Position numbers and translations under genes: made by a program
The notes under the pieces: generated by a model
What the model saw: only the letters and a program-made list of their open reading frames with translations
What the model was told of the DNA's origin: nothing
Database searches by the model: none
In this document: one piece after another, positions 63,072-64,000 of the stretch
How the letters are laid out: every line of letters starts with the position of its first letter
Position numbering within the stretch: position 1 is the first letter of the stretch
NCBI GenBank assembly: GCA_025603075.1
Contig: MU626340.1
Coordinates: forward strand, 1 to 64,000
Length of the DNA: 64,000 nucleotides
From: Neoconidiobolus thromboides FSU 785
Lineage: Eukaryota; Fungi; Entomophthoromycota
Reading direction: 5' to 3'

Positions 63072-63575
63072 ATTCAAGTGTTGTAATTATTTTAAAGTAC
63101 AACCTAAATCGAAACAAACCTAAGTGAACTCAACTTATAAGAATAATAACGGCATTTGATTGGTCGAATTCGAAGTTAGTTATAAATGCCAAGCTTTTCA
63201 TACTACTTTTTACAATCGTATATAACGCTACTTAACCCATATGACCTTTATTGTATTAAATAAATATAATAGTTATTACATGTCAACTATTTACAAAAAA
63301 AGCCAAAAATAGGATAATATGAACAATATAAGTTACTTTTTAATTTTAATTAGACATTACAACTATTTTATTTTAATAGTTTGATATAATTTGTATATCA
63401 TTAGCTCTGATCATGTACAAATTTGTTCTAATGGGTGTTACTATGGTTTATCGAGTTTGATTAGACTTACGTGTAACTTTTATGAGTTACTTATACCCTT
63501 AATCAGAGATATTTACTATGTTGATGCTCTATTAAAGCTTAATATTTTAAACTTAATTGGAATTCACCATATAAG

Positions 63576-63710
63576 ATATGAGGGTGTTTTTTTTGATTTC
63601 ATCACTTTTTCTACCTTTTAAGCACTATTTGAACAGAAAATTTATTAGTAAAATTCTTAAACACAAAAATTCATCCCTATATATGATGATGTTTTTTTGG
63701 CTTCATTGAT
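63576..63710 (+). mobile_element. MITE-like element copy (63576-63682) followed by a truncated second copy
   Basis: Full copy with ATAT flanks, then atatgatgatgtttttttggcttcatt. Confidence 0.8.
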
Positions 63711-64000
63711 ATTAACTTAATCCTAAAGTAGTTGAATAAAAACCTGTATTTAAAGCAGTGTAGAAACCTTGGGGTTATTTATATCTTTAATTTTTATATA
63801 TTACAATCAAAATTTATTTATATCTTTGCCATTTTATAGTGAGTAACAAATTATTATTTTTAAAAGCTATCCAACTTATAAATAAATACTGATTTTTAAT
63901 ACAACAAAGGGGTATAAGACTAATTAATATATGAATCTATTACAGGTTTATTTATTAATGCCAATCATATAACTACTTTGAAAGCAATACTAAATAAATA

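Noticed and set aside
20144-63621. Recurring short ORFs with FKRYLSGK-like peptides (20144, 27357, 48149, 61534, 63391)
   Set aside because: They are translations of the MITE-like repeat, not a protein family.

Overview
Very AT-rich eukaryotic genomic scaffold with short (about 45-60 nt) GT-AG introns. Atg22, an Msy-type MscS channel, an Hmp1-like protein, a YMC-type carrier and a secreted trypsin point to a fungus. An early-diverging, possibly Entomophthorales-like lineage is my inference only. The window holds about 23 protein genes or gene fragments, 2 pseudogenes, 2 tRNAs (Glu-TTC, Lys-TTT) and 2 N-gaps. Many ORF-track entries are exon fragments or artefacts. Three things stand out. (1) A tandem array of four intronless small secreted proteins (38.3-44.7 kb) shares an invariant GRxANGDGTNTYSFxCxC motif and a fixed 8-Cys spacing. 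It ends tail-to-tail with an intronless secreted multicopper oxidase that has Lys at the type-1 Cu axial position. (2) About 24 copies of a ~99-bp MITE-like element have GGGGATGT...ACATCCCC termini and a demonstrable 4-bp target-site duplication (mostly ATAT). (3) There is repeated local paralogy: two inverted P450s with gene-conversion-like tracts, two PPxY-bearing SPRY membrane proteins, and an expansin-like gene with a pseudogene copy. All annotation was done by eye and no database searches were run.
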